Source: Promethearchaeota archaeon
Lineage (GTDB): Archaea; Asgardarchaeota; Lokiarchaeia; Sigyniarchaeales; SOKP01
Assembly: GCA_048937405.1 (NCBI GenBank)
Contig: JBHLNF010000006.1
Span: forward strand, 32,001-96,000
Direction: 5' to 3'
Length of the DNA stretch: 64,000 nucleotides
Numbering within the stretch: position 1 is the first letter of the stretch; every line of letters starts with the position of its first letter. The translations under genes and the position numbers were made by a program. Below are positions 50,020 to 60,231 of the stretch, piece after piece. The notes beneath the pieces are model-generated. The model searched no databases, was not told the origin of the DNA, and saw only the letters and a program-made list of their open reading frames with translations.

Positions 50020-50079
50020 ACAAAATCCCCTAATTTCCTTTTATCTTATTTTTTTAAAATAGGTACAAACTCTTTTTTA

Positions 50080-51015
50080 TCACATTTTATCAATTAATTC
50101 ATCAATTATTGATATTACTTCTTCGGAAGTACTTGTGAATTTAAACACACTTTCTTCAAGTTTACCCTCGATTCCTTCTGCAACCATCTCATATATTAAA
50201 TTTTCAGCAGCTTCATTTGATTTACCCAATGCTTGGGCAAGTTTCTCAATAGGTAAACTATTATGGAGCTTGATTAAACCATATACTCTCTTTTTTATTC
50301 TTTCTTTAGTGGTATCTTGTTTAACTGCTATTTGGACTTTTGATTTACCTTTTCCTTTCCTATCTCCAAATTCTCTCTCCATGTTTTCTCCTAATTCTTC
50401 AATACCAGCATCTTTTACTGCTTGTTCGATACCCTCTCCCATTTTCTCCATTTTAGTTCCTAATTGTTCTAATTTTTTCAGATCTCCAATGTTGTTTTTT
50501 ACAAACTTCATTGATTTTCGAACTAATTCTGAAACTGAAGCACCTAATCCATCAGCCCAATCTCTCCATTCCTCGCTCATCTCAGGGTCTACAGATATAT
50601 TTATTCGAGATACTTTTCTTTTCGCTTTTTCAATCTTTTTTTGAACTTTTTCATTAAATTTTGCCTCATGTTTCTCAATTTTTTCTTTTAGTGCTTTAAG
50701 TCTTTCCTTAGCATGTTCAATATGTTCTTTAGCATCTTCTCCATAGTGTTCTAATTCTTCTTTTATATCTCCTACATCATTAAGTAATGCCTCGCGCTCA
50801 TCTATAATTTCTTCCAGTTCATCTTTTAAATCATCCTTTATATCAGCAGCTTCATCTTTTAAATCTTCAATTGCATCTTTTAAATCATCATGAAGATCAT
50901 CTAATTCATATATGAGATCATCTCGAATTGTATTCAACTCCAACCTTACTTTACCAAGATCCTCATCTTTTTTTTCTTTTTTAATTCCGTCATTCTTTTC
51001 TTCTTCATTTGACAT
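50080..51015 (-). CDS. Acidic coiled-coil protein with ribbon-helix-helix and C-terminal PCI-like winged helix
   Basis: Heptad D/E/K N-terminal half; RINISVDPEMSEEW...GASVSELVRKSM (RHH); LPIEKLAQALG...AENLIYEMVAEGIEGKL. Confidence 0.65.
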   Translation of the reverse strand: MSNEEEKNDGIKKEKKDEDLGKVRLELNTIRDDLIYELDDLHDDLKDAIEDLKDEAADIKDDLKDELEEIIDEREALLNDVGDIKEELEHYGEDAKEHIEHAKERLKALKEKIEKHEAKFNEKVQKKIEKAKRKVSRINISVDPEMSEEWRDWADGLGASVSELVRKSMKFVKNNIGDLKKLEQLGTKMEKMGEGIEQAVKDAGIEELGENMEREFGDRKGKGKSKVQIAVKQDTTKERIKKRVYGLIKLHNSLPIEKLAQALGKSNEAAENLIYEMVAEGIEGKLEESVFKFTSTSEEVISIIDELIDKM

Positions 51016-51069
51016 TTGAATTATACCTCTATTTCTTTTTTATTGATTATTTTTAAATTTACCATTAGT

Positions 51070-51750
51070 TTATTTTAAATTCTCTATATTAACCTTAACT
51101 GGATTATGGGCTAAAACTGTTTTTTCGTGAACCTGTATATCATCAGTATAATAGACTTTTCCTTTAACTTCTGTCCCACGTCCGATTATTATATCTCTTC
51201 CTCTTATATCTCCGTCAACTAATGTACCGATAAGATTAATGTCCTTTCTCGCAATAATATCACCATAAACCTTATTTGGATGTTTATACATACTTTTTTT
51301 GATCAATCGTTCACGACCAATTGAAATATCGGTCCCAGTAATGCTCCCATGAATGGTTGATGAACCAGAAATTACTATATCTTTTTGTGAGATAATATCA
51401 CCTTTAACTCTTGTAGATCCTGAAAAATTAATATCCTGATGAACTTCAATTTTATTTCCCGCTCTGAGAGAGCCAGAATTTACTAAATCCTTTTTAACTG
51501 AAATCTCCCCTTCTACTGATGCAGAACCAGAAAACCTGGCATCACCATCAGCATAGAGAGAGCCCATTAGCCTAAGAGACCCCGAATTTTTAATATCACC
51601 AAGAACTGTCAAATTACCTTGAATTCTTGTCGAACCTGAAGAGCTGAAAGCATTACATTCAAAATTTCCTGCTATCCTAAGAGAACCAGAAGTATGTAAT
51701 TCATCATCAATTTTACCTTCTGATAATTTTCCTGAACCAGAAATTTTCAC
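51070..51750 (-). CDS. Polymer-forming cytoskeletal (bactofilin-like) beta-helix protein
   Basis: Seven or more 17-18-aa SGS-x-x-(I/V)-x-G repeats; GTG start with GGAGG SD. Confidence 0.8.
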   Translation of the reverse strand: MKISGSGKLSEGKIDDELHTSGSLRIAGNFECNAFSSSGSTRIQGNLTVLGDIKNSGSLRLMGSLYADGDARFSGSASVEGEISVKKDLVNSGSLRAGNKIEVHQDINFSGSTRVKGDIISQKDIVISGSSTIHGSITGTDISIGRERLIKKSMYKHPNKVYGDIIARKDINLIGTLVDGDIRGRDIIIGRGTEVKGKVYYTDDIQVHEKTVLAHNPVKVNIENLK

Positions 51751-52115
51751 ACTCTTAACCTCCTATAAAATTACAAAAGCTAATTACAATATCTGGAATT
51801 TTTATCAAATTTTCTTTTTAATTTTTATATTATTTTTCTTTCTTTTTTTTTTCAATTTTTGTTCTTTTTCTTAAATCCAATTCTATTCAAATTTCTTTCT
51901 TTGTATTTATTAAATGACTTTGATAATCTTGATAAAAAAATAAAAAAATAAAATATTTAGTAAATTCTTAAAGTTCCATTAAGAGCACTCTTAATGATTA
52001 TTAATTCCCTTTCACTCAAACTTTTTTTCTTCATTTTTTTTTTCACTTTTTTTTATTTTTATTTTTGTGTATTTTTTTTTTCTCTGATCATAAGGTGTGT
52101 AATATCATATTTAAA

Positions 52116-52236
52116 TGTTGTGTATTTATTATGTATACAAGAAAGTAGAAATTGTTGGATATTATGAGAAGAAAGTATCTAACCATTTTCTAAGATATTT
52201 TTCAATAGTGTGGATTAATTAAATAAATACACAACA
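52116..52236. repeat. 15-bp perfect inverted repeat with 91-bp spacer
   Basis: tgttgtgtatttatt (52116-52130) and aataaatacacaaca (52222-52236). Confidence 0.7.
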
Positions 52237-52577
52237 CGATAAGAAGTATAAATATCAAATTGAAATTTTGTTGGTAGAAGATACTTTTTTTTAAAAAAAG
52301 GGAGCTTGGATTATTTGAATATTTTTTCTTTATATAGTTATAATTTGTTAAGAATTAATTGATTAAAGAGGTTTTAAGATGTTTTTAACCATTATCGCAA
52401 TATTTGTATGTATGTTATTTAAAGAGAAATTGGATGAAGAAATAGGCTAAAATTCTTTCTTTGTATTGTTTAATCTCCACCTTTTATAAATGTTATAATT
52501 TTATAATACGGAAAAATAATTATAATCTCGTTTTTTTGTGAATTATTTAATGGTTGAAGCATTTTATTTATTTATAG

Positions 52578-52985
52578 ATGTTAGATATAATTCTCATTCA
52601 ACATGTTCAAACTGGAATTAATCTTTTAGAGTATCACCAAGATCATACAAAATTTAATTCGAGTCATTCAGCTATTTTTAGCGGTTTTTTAAATGCGATT
52701 CAAAGTATTATGTCTAATGAGCTTGATATTGGGACAGTTATATTAATCTCTACTCGGGGTAAAAAAGGACATAATTGTATTATTGTTCCAAAATCGGTTA
52801 TTGATATTATAATTCTTTGTGATCAAGAAGATCCTATAGACCTCTGGAGAGAATTTGGTGAAGAAATAGCAGAAAAGTTTTTGAATATGTATGGTACAAA
52901 TAGGGATTTTAATGATGTTTCCCAATTCAGCAATTTCAAAGATGTTATAAAAGTTATGTGTATGGATAATAAGTATTGTGAATAA
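52578..52985 (+). CDS. Small longin-like domain protein
   Basis: IILIQH..TGINLLEY...IFSGFLNAIQSI..EL.IG...KFLNMY...FSNF pattern. Confidence 0.6.
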   Translation: MLDIILIQHVQTGINLLEYHQDHTKFNSSHSAIFSGFLNAIQSIMSNELDIGTVILISTRGKKGHNCIIVPKSVIDIIILCDQEDPIDLWREFGEEIAEKFLNMYGTNRDFNDVSQFSNFKDVIKVMCMDNKYCE

Positions 52986-53077
52986 TGAATACTTTAAACA
53001 AAAAGTATTCAATAATTTACAATTTTATCGAAAAATAAATTGATAAGACTTTTTATTACCTGTATTTTTTAAAATAT

Positions 53078-54007
53078 ATGAAATTTGGTTATTGTGCACG
53101 AAATCTTTCGACTCTAACTTATCCTGAAGTTAGAGATTTAACCGTTAAACTTGAGGATTTAGGGTTTGAATCAGTACATATTAATGACCATTTAATAGGT
53201 TTTGATTTATCTCAGGAAAGAAAAGAACCATATCTAGAATCTCTTACTCTTTTGTCAGCTCTAGCGGTAGAAACTCAGAAAATAAAATTAGGTCATATAG
53301 TGTTATGTAATTCTTTTCGTAATCCTGCTTATTTGGCAAAAGTAATATTAACATTAGATCATATATCAAATGGTCGTATGTTATTGTGGTTAGGTGCGGG
53401 GTGGTTAAAAGAGGAATATTTAGCATATGGTTATCCCTTTCCTACACCAAAAAGAAGAGTAGATGAGGTTGAGGAATCATTAACCATTTATAAGAAGATT
53501 TTCACTGAAGATGAAACAAATTTTGAAGGAAAATTTTGGAAACTAGAGAAGCATAAGAATTTTCCTAAATCCATTCAGAAACCTTACCCCCAGATTGTCA
53601 TTGGAACGAATAGAAGTAGAATGATCGATATTGCGTGTAGAGAGGCTGATGGAATAAACATACCTTACTTATTACCACAACAACAGATGAAATTTAGAGA
53701 GTGTTTATCAGAAATTAATGAAAAATTAGCGAAATACAAACGAGATCGTTCTGAATTTGAAATCTCTTTTTTTCCAACTATAACAATGTTAAATAGTCAG
53801 GAAAGTCTTGAAAACTTTATAAAGGAAAGAAAAATTCCAGAATCTTACATGAAATATCTATTTATGGGGACTCCTGAGGATCTTCAAGAAAAAATAAAGG
53901 AAGCAGAAAATTTAGGAATTGATAAAATCGTGTTTGTATTAAACAGCCCCGATATTGAAGATCCCCTTAATGTTTTTAGAATTGAAATAATGAATAGATT
54001 TTCCTGA
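53078..54007 (+). CDS. LLM-class flavin/F420-dependent oxidoreductase
   Basis: GFESVHINDH, FRNPAYLAK...LDHISNGR..LGAGW..EY.AYG, P..IQKPYP. Confidence 0.92.
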   Translation: MKFGYCARNLSTLTYPEVRDLTVKLEDLGFESVHINDHLIGFDLSQERKEPYLESLTLLSALAVETQKIKLGHIVLCNSFRNPAYLAKVILTLDHISNGRMLLWLGAGWLKEEYLAYGYPFPTPKRRVDEVEESLTIYKKIFTEDETNFEGKFWKLEKHKNFPKSIQKPYPQIVIGTNRSRMIDIACREADGINIPYLLPQQQMKFRECLSEINEKLAKYKRDRSEFEISFFPTITMLNSQESLENFIKERKIPESYMKYLFMGTPEDLQEKIKEAENLGIDKIVFVLNSPDIEDPLNVFRIEIMNRFS

Positions 54008-54103
54008 ATTTTTTTTTACGTTTATTTTAAAAAATAAACCTGAAATATTATTAAATTTTATAGTTTTCTTAAAAAATAAATTTGTATTCTTTGTCAAATA
54101 AAA

Positions 54104-55153
54104 TTATAAGAAACGAAATTGTCCCGTAAATGCTAAATAAAATCCTAAAAGGATTGTTACTAGGAGGAAAACAAAAGAAATTATATTTAATTTATAATGC
54201 CATGTTCTATTTCTTTGGTTTCTTTTTTTTGTTTTTATAAAGCCTGTAATAAAACCTGGTATTATAAATATAACCGAAAGTAAAGCAAATATACCATGAA
54301 GAGTATAAAAGATAGCCCCTCTATTTAGGATGGTAGAATTCATCCAATATATAAATGAACTAAGAAAAGTTAAAAAATATAATAATGAAAATGCGATATG
54401 AAATTTCTTATTAATAAATTTTGGCAAATCATGAAAGAATTCAGTAATTGGGGAGTTTTTTAATCCAGAAATCATTGCAATCCCTCCAAAAAGGAAAGAA
54501 ATCGCCAGTAGAAAGGCATGTAAAGACCATCCAGAAAGAGCCATACGAGTAGCATTATCACTCCATCCCCGGCTTTCCCAATAACCTTTATAATCATAAT
54601 TAACAATCTCTATTCTAACCACCCATTTTACCCATTTATATCCTAATTGATTAGGTGCGACTACTCGTACAGGGAATCCATGTTCAGGAGGAAGAGGTTC
54701 ACCATTCATCTCATATGCTAAAAGAACATTCTCTTCAGTCGCTTCTTCTACTGTTAAAGAAGAAGTATAATCATCTGCGGCGTAAAAAATCACATCTAAC
54801 GCATCTTTGTTTATCTGAGCCATATCTAATAAACTTTTAAGAGGAATACCCTTCCAGATTGCAGTACCTGAAGGGCCCTCCACACATTGTAATGTTCCAA
54901 GTACTTTTTTTGAAGGTTGTGAAGTAAAATTTGAATAGGTAAAAGTTAAAGTGTTATTAACTTGCCCATCAATGACTAAAATCCATGCATTTTCGTTAAT
55001 TTGTGGAGTTTCTCCTTTTGAAATAACAAAAAAATTATCATTTGGAGTAATTAAATTTCTACTAATATATAGTGCTGTAAGTGCTATTAAAGGAATGCTT
55101 AATACAAGTATGATACCTATAAATTTAAAATTGCCGCTTTTATATCTATTCAT
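54104..55153 (-). CDS. Sulfite-oxidase-family molybdopterin oxidoreductase (MsrP-like) fused to a 4-His membrane domain
   Basis: LQCV, W.GIPL, LAYEMNGEPLPPEHGFPVR, GYKWVKW, GYWESRGW; four C-terminal TMs each carrying a His. Confidence 0.88.
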   Translation of the reverse strand: MNRYKSGNFKFIGIILVLSIPLIALTALYISRNLITPNDNFFVISKGETPQINENAWILVIDGQVNNTLTFTYSNFTSQPSKKVLGTLQCVEGPSGTAIWKGIPLKSLLDMAQINKDALDVIFYAADDYTSSLTVEEATEENVLLAYEMNGEPLPPEHGFPVRVVAPNQLGYKWVKWVVRIEIVNYDYKGYWESRGWSDNATRMALSGWSLHAFLLAISFLFGGIAMISGLKNSPITEFFHDLPKFINKKFHIAFSLLYFLTFLSSFIYWMNSTILNRGAIFYTLHGIFALLSVIFIIPGFITGFIKTKKRNQRNRTWHYKLNIISFVFLLVTILLGFYLAFTGQFRFL

Positions 55154-55827
55154 ATTAAATTCTTAAGTTTTAAAAACAAAATTATATAATTTAAGAATTA
55201 AGAAGTGAAATAAACTATGTACGATTAAACACTTTCTAATTTTAAAATTTCGCGAATATAAAATATAAGATATTAATTTATAATAAAAATCATCTGTGTT
55301 TAATGAAGGATTTTTCTAATTAAATTATATTTCTACTTAGATTTCATATAATATTGCAAATTTATGGGGATTTAACTGAAAATGGAAATTAAATTAAGAT
55401 TGTACCCAATATATCTAATAAAAATAATAGAGAAACATTAATAAAGTTTTAAATAATAGTAGAGTTAAAATCCATATTAGATTCTTCTTCTTAATGAATA
55501 TAAACGAATTAAATCCTCTATTTATCCTTTTAACTTTACTCATTTTTATTGCCAATGATTTTTTGTTTTTCTTTTCTTTTAAACATTTTTGTATCAAATT
55601 TCAATATAATTAGGGCCAGATAGTTTAATTTTTACCTATATAACTACAATTTTATTGGGTATTGTTAATAATTTTAGAAAAATTCCTTCTCAATTTCATT
55701 ATATATGATATAAAATCTCTTTGATATGACAAAATCATACCACAAAATCTATCAATGTAAAATTAAAGGAAACTTGAATATTGAAATATGAGAATTATTG
55801 GATAAAATAGAAAAAAAATAAAAAAAT

Positions 55828-56166
55828 TTAGCCTGCTGTACTTGCAGGGATTAAAAGAATATCATCACCATCATTTACAACATAATCATCTAATTGACTA
55901 TTTTCATCCATAGTAACTCCCCCAGACGACAAGTGAAAATCATTAGGATCAAGTCCGTATAAATTCCCTAATGTTCTTTTAAGATCTTTCACTCGATTAG
56001 TACTATTTACTGATAATTTTTCCTTTTTTTCACCAGGTCCAATAGTCGACATGAAATATAATGTAACTTTCTTACCAGCTGATGGTGTTTTAGAAGCTGG
56101 AGTTTTTGATCTTACTGATTTTTCTCCAGCTAGTTCTAAATCTTCATCAAAATCATCAAAACTCAT
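55828..56166 (-). CDS. Ubiquitin-like (beta-grasp) protein with acidic/disordered N-terminal extension
   Basis: V.STNRVKDLK..L...YGL....FHLSSGG..MDENSQLDDY.VNDGDDILLI; ends STAG. Confidence 0.8.
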   Translation of the reverse strand: MSFDDFDEDLELAGEKSVRSKTPASKTPSAGKKVTLYFMSTIGPGEKKEKLSVNSTNRVKDLKRTLGNLYGLDPNDFHLSSGGVTMDENSQLDDYVVNDGDDILLIPASTAG

Positions 56167-56349
56167 TTATATCTCACAATTTTATTTTAATTATAGATTT
56201 TATTAACTTAATTAAATAGCATCAATAGATTATTATAAAACCTATTGGAATGATTTTGAAGTTTTTTGGTTTTTTAAAAAAGAATTTTTATATCAATTTA
56301 GAATTAACCAAAACTAGATTAACTAATAAAAATTTTAATATTAAAAGGA

Positions 56350-57342
56350 ATGGCAGAGGATTTAATGAAAAAGTATTGGTTTTTTTTTAAACAAGTAATA
56401 TTAACTTTCACTATTTTTATGAGTTTAATTGTACTTTCTTATTTCTATTACTATAATCAGGAATTTAGGGAAACATCAATACAATATGGAATTAGTTGGA
56501 TGGTTACTATTATATATTTTATTTTATGTTTTTACCTACTATTTTTTTTGATAGATTTAAACACATATAATAAAATTTTTCTTATTACTATATTAATTGG
56601 AACTTTTTTCTGGATTTTTATTTATTTTCTAGAATTATTAGAAATTAAAACGATCTTCTCCTTGAATTTGGGAATTATTCAAGATGCATCAGCAATTATT
56701 TGTTTTTCAATAGTATCACCAGGTTTAACTTTAAATTTCTTTAAAATTATCAAAAATAATTCAAATCGGGATAAAAGAAGTAAATTTCTTCACAATTATC
56801 ATATTCATGAGGGATTTGTTGGTTTATTATTTATTGTTATTGCTATTTTTTTTTGGATATTACGCCAAATAATGATCCAATATGAGATTTTACAGCATAA
56901 ATTAAGGATTTATTTAGCTCTTGACATGATTTTATTATTTTTGTTTTTATTTAGTGGAAGTTTTCTAATTTTTAGAGACAGAAGAGATGTATTCAAACTT
57001 AAATTTATTGAAAAAAGAGGAAATATAATTTCTGTTAATTCATCATCTGTATTCAGTCCAATAACAGTAGAATCTATTGAATTTTTTAAATTCCCTCGAT
57101 TGTTATTGTATCCTTTTGGGATATTACTAAGTAGTTTGGCTGTAAATTTATTTATTCATGGAACAGATTTTTTACCAAAAGTCCTTTTTAAAACTAATCA
57201 TGAAAAGCTTGTACTAATAGGCATTATTTTTTGTACAATTGCAGGAGGGATCATAGGAATTGATTGGTATCGAATATTTGCAAGACTTTACCCTCATTTG
57301 TATCAAGAACATGAGCAAATATTGAAAAAACTTGTCAATTAA
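56350..57342 (+). CDS. Multi-pass membrane protein
   Basis: About 8 TM segments; YHIHEGFVG motif. Confidence 0.7.
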   Translation: MAEDLMKKYWFFFKQVILTFTIFMSLIVLSYFYYYNQEFRETSIQYGISWMVTIIYFILCFYLLFFLIDLNTYNKIFLITILIGTFFWIFIYFLELLEIKTIFSLNLGIIQDASAIICFSIVSPGLTLNFFKIIKNNSNRDKRSKFLHNYHIHEGFVGLLFIVIAIFFWILRQIMIQYEILQHKLRIYLALDMILLFLFLFSGSFLIFRDRRDVFKLKFIEKRGNIISVNSSSVFSPITVESIEFFKFPRLLLYPFGILLSSLAVNLFIHGTDFLPKVLFKTNHEKLVLIGIIFCTIAGGIIGIDWYRIFARLYPHLYQEHEQILKKLVN

Positions 57343-57433
57343 GACTAATGGATTTTGTTCTTTAAGATTATGAATTGCTTAGATGCAGAAATATTGCTAA
57401 AATCGAATCAATTAAATATACGCACTTCATATA

Positions 57434-57715
57434 TTGTTAACAACTAATATTTATTGTCTGAAATCGAAATATAATTACTATCTATCTTTAATAATGAAAA
57501 AAAAAGTTGAATTTGATTTAATTTTTGGTTATTTTCTATTTATAGTCGGAACATTTTCAGTTGGTTATGCATTTATAGTATTCATTATTAACATAGCGTT
57601 AATACCAACAGGATTTTTCATTCTTATAAAAGATATATCTTTTGACCTTGTTTTTATACTTCTTGGATTATTGATCATTAGAAAGAAAAAGACCAAAAAT
57701 TCATACAATCAATGA
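57434..57715 (+). CDS. Small two-TM membrane protein (true start probably at the internal Met, MKKKVEF)
   Basis: Two hydrophobic segments flanked by Lys clusters. Confidence 0.5.
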   Translation: MLTTNIYCLKSKYNYYLSLIMKKKVEFDLIFGYFLFIVGTFSVGYAFIVFIINIALIPTGFFILIKDISFDLVFILLGLLIIRKKKTKNSYNQ

Positions 57716-57761
57716 AGTTAAGGAATGAATAAACTGCTAAATATCTTGATCCTTCCTAATT

Positions 57762-58562
57762 TTAAATATTTTTTATTGATGTAATTTGAATATTTGATTT
57801 AATATTGAATAACTTATCTTCAATTTGATTTTGAATTTCTTTTGATATGTTATCAACAATTTCACCTTGAATATTCTCAAGATATTCATTAAGGACATTT
57901 TCTATTATAGGAGTTATTTTAAATTTAATCTCTTCTATAACTTCATATTTTTTTAAATAAGAATGCTTGAAGTTGATTAAATAATTTCTATTTAGCTTTT
58001 TGAGCCAAGCATTGCCCCTTTTTTCTAACAAACGGAAAATTTGCCGAGATTTTGCAGAGTTAAAGTATTTAAATTCAAATTGAAATTTACTTATCATATC
58101 TTCAAAATATTCTACAATTAATGTCTTCTCTTTAATACTCAATTCTGTTTTAGAATTAAGGAATAATATTATCATATAATTGTTAAATAAAAAAAAAATT
58201 AAAACTTTAATATTAGATCCATGAATTTCCAGGTTTGATAAATTTTGAATATTGGTTTGACCTGCGAAAGTTTTAAAGGAACTAAAATACATTGAAATCA
58301 AATCTATTTCTAAAAAATTTGTTTCATCTTCAGATAAATACGATTTTATTGGTCCATAATTGTGTTGATCTTTTAAATCATATTCAAAAACCATGAGTGT
58401 ATTTCCATACCGATCTGCAATTAAACATCCTATTATTGGTGGAATTTTATTAAATTTATTTGAAGTATAAGCACTATTAAACAATAATTTTTCAATATTT
58501 CTATTAGATTTTTGAAAAATGCTTTTTGTGCCATTATGAATCTTTTTTAAATTAGTATCCAT
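57762..58562 (-). CDS. Hypothetical protein with longin/roadblock-like domain
   Basis: GCLIADRYGNTLMVFEY...DLISMYFSSFKTFA...L.NLEIHG pattern. Confidence 0.55.
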   Translation of the reverse strand: MDTNLKKIHNGTKSIFQKSNRNIEKLLFNSAYTSNKFNKIPPIIGCLIADRYGNTLMVFEYDLKDQHNYGPIKSYLSEDETNFLEIDLISMYFSSFKTFAGQTNIQNLSNLEIHGSNIKVLIFFLFNNYMIILFLNSKTELSIKEKTLIVEYFEDMISKFQFEFKYFNSAKSRQIFRLLEKRGNAWLKKLNRNYLINFKHSYLKKYEVIEEIKFKITPIIENVLNEYLENIQGEIVDNISKEIQNQIEDKLFNIKSNIQITSIKNI

Positions 58563-59083
58563 GGATCGATCCTTTTCGAATAATTAAGTTCTATTTAATA
58601 TAAGTTGATTGATGAGTTTTAATTTATATTTAACTAAGATATAGACTATAATGGATACTAAACTTTCTAAAAATTCAAAAGAGACCCATAAATTTTGAAA
58701 AAAGTAAAAATATTTTACTGGAATTTGCAAAATGAAATTTAAAGTTTATATTTATAGAATAAATGGGGATATCTTTTCTTTAAGAATCAGAATGAGAAAT
58801 AATTAATCTAATTGCAACATTATTGAACTATATAATTTTTAAATATTTTAATAGAATTTACCAATATTAAAGAATAAACTAGACTAAATAGGGAAATAAA
58901 AATTAGATCTGCAAAAATTTTTATACAATGTATATATAAATATATATTTTCAAAATTTATTGAATTAAAATACTTGAATTAGAAGATTTTACATAACCTA
59001 AACATAACATTTAAATATATAATTCTATATATTAGATTGGGTATATTATTAAATAATAAAAAAAAGGCGAAAAATTTAAAAAA

Positions 59084-59188
59084 ATGACAATTAAAGAATT
59101 TTATGAAATTCTAATGACTATTGTTGGAATTTCTGGTTTAATTGCTCTAGCTATTGTTCTATTAATATTAATTGGTATATTTGTGTAG
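59084..59188 (+). CDS. 34-aa single-TM microprotein, not in ORF track
   Basis: Manual translation MTIKEFYEILMTIVGISGLIALAIVLLILIGIFV*; isolated in a ~1-kb intergenic gap after an A-rich leader. Confidence 0.5.
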   Translation: MTIKEFYEILMTIVGISGLIALAIVLLILIGIFV

Positions 59189-59601
59189 TTTTCTTTTAAT
59201 AATAATTCAAATTTCTCGCGAACCTCTTCTGAATCTTTATTAGTAAACGGATTTTTATTTTATTCCTCTTAAACACATAGATCATTTAAAGATTTGATGT
59301 TCCAAAAATTGAAAATAAAAGATTTATAAAATAAATCAAAAATTTAGTTTCAATAAATTGTATTTTTACTTTTCCACATTTTTATAAATTTTTTAAATTC
59401 ATTATGGGAAATATCCAGAGTATTGGTTTTCTTAAAATCATTCTTCATTTTTTTTCTATATGAAGGTTTACTCCGTAAAGCTAATTCCCAATCATAATAT
59501 GATACTTGTCTTTTCACATTTTAAAAAAAAAAATACTCCAAAATAAAACAAGGGAGTCCGACAAATTTTAGAATAATAAAGTTTAAATGATATATATTTT
59601 A

Positions 59602-60108
59602 TTAAGGGATAAATCCATTTTCTAGAATTATTTCGGTTGCAAGTTTAGCAATATTACCTACTAGAGTTGAACAATGCTCACCCATATCTGAGTTAAATGC
59701 TTCTTCCAAATCTTTAGGATTCCAGAAATCATAAGTCCTTCCTACCAGTTTCTCTTGAACATCATGACATCTACATGATCCATATTCCTTTACATATTTA
59801 TCATGTAATTCTTTAACTAATTTGTAAGATTTCAACGGTTTCATCCTATCTTTAAAATCTTTACGTTCTCTCCCAAATAAATATCCGATTACCATTGAAG
59901 CTCCTACTAAGGCCCCACATGATCCGTTCCCTGTCAACCCTAATCCATCTGCTAAACCACTTGCCGCTTTAAAAACATCTTCACTCCATATCCCCAATGA
60001 ATCAAGAACGGCTGCTGCAGTAGATTGAGCACATCCTGTACATTCTAATTCATTTTTTTTTCCTAACTCAAAAGCCTTAAGAATAATTTGCTCATTAGTT
60101 TCCTTCAT
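59602..60108 (-). CDS. C_GCAxxG_C_C family putative redox-active protein
   Basis: GCAQS, GSCGALVG, GSCRC and late Cys (HCS). Confidence 0.88.
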   Translation of the reverse strand: MKETNEQIILKAFELGKKNELECTGCAQSTAAAVLDSLGIWSEDVFKAASGLADGLGLTGNGSCGALVGASMVIGYLFGRERKDFKDRMKPLKSYKLVKELHDKYVKEYGSCRCHDVQEKLVGRTYDFWNPKDLEEAFNSDMGEHCSTLVGNIAKLATEIILENGFIP

Positions 60109-60231
60109 ATTCTTTAAAAAATATGTATCTAATAAAAAAATTTCAGTTTTTCTTTTTAATTAAATTATATTATAGAGCTTTTAAACTAAAAAAAAAAGAA
60201 ATGAGTAGATCTCATTCTAAAGAAAAAAAGA

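Noticed and set aside
50135-50644. 169-aa plus-strand ORF
   Set aside because: Ser/Phe/Leu-rich antisense shadow of the Glu/Lys-rich coiled-coil gene
51780-52085. Long poly-T/poly-A tracts suggesting a repeat array or structured RNA
   Set aside because: Low-complexity AT tracts like those in other intergenic regions here; no repeat unit or spacer structure, so not CRISPR
55415-55597. 60-aa minus-strand ORF (and similar 60123..60305 on the plus strand)
   Set aside because: Low-complexity Lys/Ile/Phe ORFs expected by chance in very AT-rich DNA
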